Assembly: GCA_019058315.1 (NCBI GenBank)
Contig: JAHPZH010000001.1
Location: 977,432 to 1,041,431 of the forward strand
DNA length: 64,000 bases
Reading direction: 5' to 3'
From: Candidatus Helarchaeota archaeon
Lineage (GTDB): Archaea; Asgardarchaeota; Lokiarchaeia; Helarchaeales; RDOG01
Shown here piece by piece: positions 59,901-62,900 of this stretch. Position 1 is the first letter of the stretch, and the number at the start of each line of letters is the position of its first letter. A program made the translations under genes and the position numbers. The notes under the pieces are model-generated. The model worked only from the letters and a program-made list of their open reading frames with translations. It had not been told where the DNA came from and did no database searches.

Positions 59901-62900
59901 AACGGTTTGGGTCCAATATGCAAAATCTAATACTAAAACTTCTGCACCAGTAACATCATACTGATCCATGTATCCAACCATGATCGTATCATTATCTGTA
60001 GCTTTTATATAATCGCTTGCATTATTACTAGAGGTGGTACTAAAGTAAAATGAACCTGTGAATATTCCAGATGTTCCCGTAGTTTCTGTCAAAGTTACCA
60101 ATATGAATCCAGCTCCGGGTGCGGTACTATTTACACCAATTTCGACATTTTCTTGACCAGAAGTTGTATTTAAGTCATAATCAATAACAGTGACATTTGC
60201 AATGGCATCTGTACCAAAATATTCTAGAGCATCAAGGTCAATTGTCCCACTCATCGTTTCAATCCAAGTTGCTGTGTCACTTGGAGTGTCGGGGTCACCC
60301 GTAGAAGTGTGATTATCATTATAAATCACTTGGACAGTATCATCATCAGACACACTAATTTGTGTTCCCGGAACACTTGGACCAGTTGTAAAACCGAACG
60401 TGCCAGTAAATACACCAGTATTAATGCCTGTTTCATTCAAAATAATAGTAATGGAACTAGGATCAGTTGTACTATTTACAGTAACATTAAATGTTTCTAC
60501 AGCAAGGGGATTTTGATTCTCATCGTCATCTATAACCGTTACAAGAGCAATTGCTCCCGTTCCATAATAATAAGTTGCATTTAAACCAACTGATCCTGTA
60601 GTAGTTTCCGTCCAAATTGCAGTGTCGGTCACAATAACAGGATTACCTATTTGATCGTGTGCATCATCATAAATGGCAGTTATGATATCTCCATCTGTAG
60701 CTTTAATAATATCGCTTGCATTATTACTGGACGAAGTACTAAACCAAAAGTTACCAACAAATATTCCAGTAGAAAGTCCTGTTTCGTCTAGTGTTACATA
60801 AATGAACCCAGCGCCAGGGGCAGTGCTATTAATTCGAATATCCACATCATCAGGATTGATGTCACTTATATTTAAATCTGTATCATTCACAGTCACTGTC
60901 GCTACAGCATCAGTTCCGAAATATTCTATTGCATCTAACTCAATCGTACCGTTAGTGGTTTTATACCACCAAGCACTGTCGGTAAATTGAGCATATTCAC
61001 CTGTACTTGTGTGAGAATCGTTATATCTGACTCCAAATAAATCGCGATGATCTACCCAAATTGTATTAGTGCCACTACCGGTGGTACTGAAATAAAGTAG
61101 CCCCGTAAAATTTGCTGTATTAGGACCAGTTTCTGTTAAATTCACGTATATACCAGTCATATCAAGCGGACTTATTACGTTTACTTGAACCCAATCTATA
61201 GTTGTCGCCGATATATTCAAATCCCGATCTATTACCGTAATAGTTGCGATAGCTCCAGTTCCATAATAGAAAGTTTCATCAAGCGAAACCGATCCAGTCC
61301 AGGTTTCATCCCAAGTTGCATTATCGATCCTGCTTGTAACATTTCCATTAAAATCTTTTTCATCTATATATATAACAGTAATTTCATCTAAATCTAATGC
61401 TTTAATAATATCGTCAGCATCACTGGATGAACCTTTTGTAAATGTGAAATTACCAATGAAGATGCTAGAATTAACTGAAATTTCTGTGCACCTAACTCCA
61501 ATTCCAGTCGAATCACTATCACTTATTACTTTTACGTCAACATATTCTCTAGATAATGGATCTTTATTCAAGTCAGCATCAGTAACGTTAATATAAGCTA
61601 CAGCCCCAGAACCATAATAGACATCTTCATCTAAATAAACACTTCCATTATCAAACCAAGTTTGAACAGTATAATTATAATTAGGAAGAGTGGCATTACT
61701 ATCATCTATACCCCAATTACCAGCAGTATCATTGGCAAAAACTCTGTAAATTACTGTAGTGTTATAGAGTTGGGGAGGGATTAATGAAATCCAGACGGAT
61801 TGATTTCCAAAGTAATCTAACATTAATACATTATTCCATGTAAGATTACCTAGGATTCTATATTGTAAAATGACCGTATCAATACCACTTGCTTCTTCAG
61901 GTTCTATAGCCCAGGATCCTACATATACAGTGGTATTATAATAAACAGGAATGGGTCCATGACCAGTACCAGGCTGCCATGGAGGTTCATTATCAGTAAT
62001 TGTATAATAATATTGAGAAGAAATAGTTGATTGCCCATTACCGTCTGTAATATTAAAATAAAAGGTTAAATTAAACCCATATGGAGGTGGTTCCCAAAAT
62101 TGCGCGAACCATAACCCAGAAGTAGAATTATAAGGTAAATTATCAACACCACTCTCAGATACACCGGCATAGGACACGTTCCACCACACTTGACACCAAT
62201 AGATAGAACTGTAAGGGGGTCCAAATAATGTATCAGTAGCATTGATTGTAACATTCATAATTTCATTATATTGCCATTGTCCTGGAGGATCGGGAGGATT
62301 TATTGTTATATTATTAAATATAGGAGGATTGAAATCAGTATCTGTAAAATTATAAAACATTCCGGTATTATTATCAACCCCCCAATTCCCTGCTTTATCT
62401 TGGACAAGAAAATAATAGGAATAGAACTGACCTCCAGCTAGAGGGGTAGAATAAGTCCAAAGATCTGGAGTTAATTGTGCCATTGTATAATTGAAATATG
62501 ATCCACCACCAATAGATATAGAAATTATGGAGACATTAACTCCCGAAGCACCGATCGGTTCTGTAGCATTCACAATAAACGTTGTTGAGGCTGGATTAGC
62601 AGGCATTGTTTGATAATAGAGTTCTAATTCAGGAGGATCATAATCAACTACAGTATAATTAACTGGTCCGATGGTTACATTATTATAATTTCCATCACCT
62701 ACTTCAATCATAGCATCTATAGTTGAATTATATGGAAATTGAGGGCTGGTTGTTACCCAATGAGAACCATTATATTCGAGATAACCCTCAAAAGGAAGTG
62801 TTTTATTCATAAATCCATAGATTTTAACATATAAGATATTACTGAATAATGGAGCACCTAAATCATCTTGGGCATCAATAGCTACTGTTATATTTTGATT

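Noticed and set aside
28755-61650. CRISPR-like or non-coding tandem array suggested by recurring CCAGTTTC(A/T)GT(T/A)A words
   Set aside because: These encode LTETG. The period is about 350 nt, in frame, with wobble-position variation.
24113-62254. About 30 short ORFs, mostly antisense, inside the giant gene
   Set aside because: Shadow ORFs from the repetitive T/D/G/V codon bias; they repeat in step with the host repeats and have no independent motifs.
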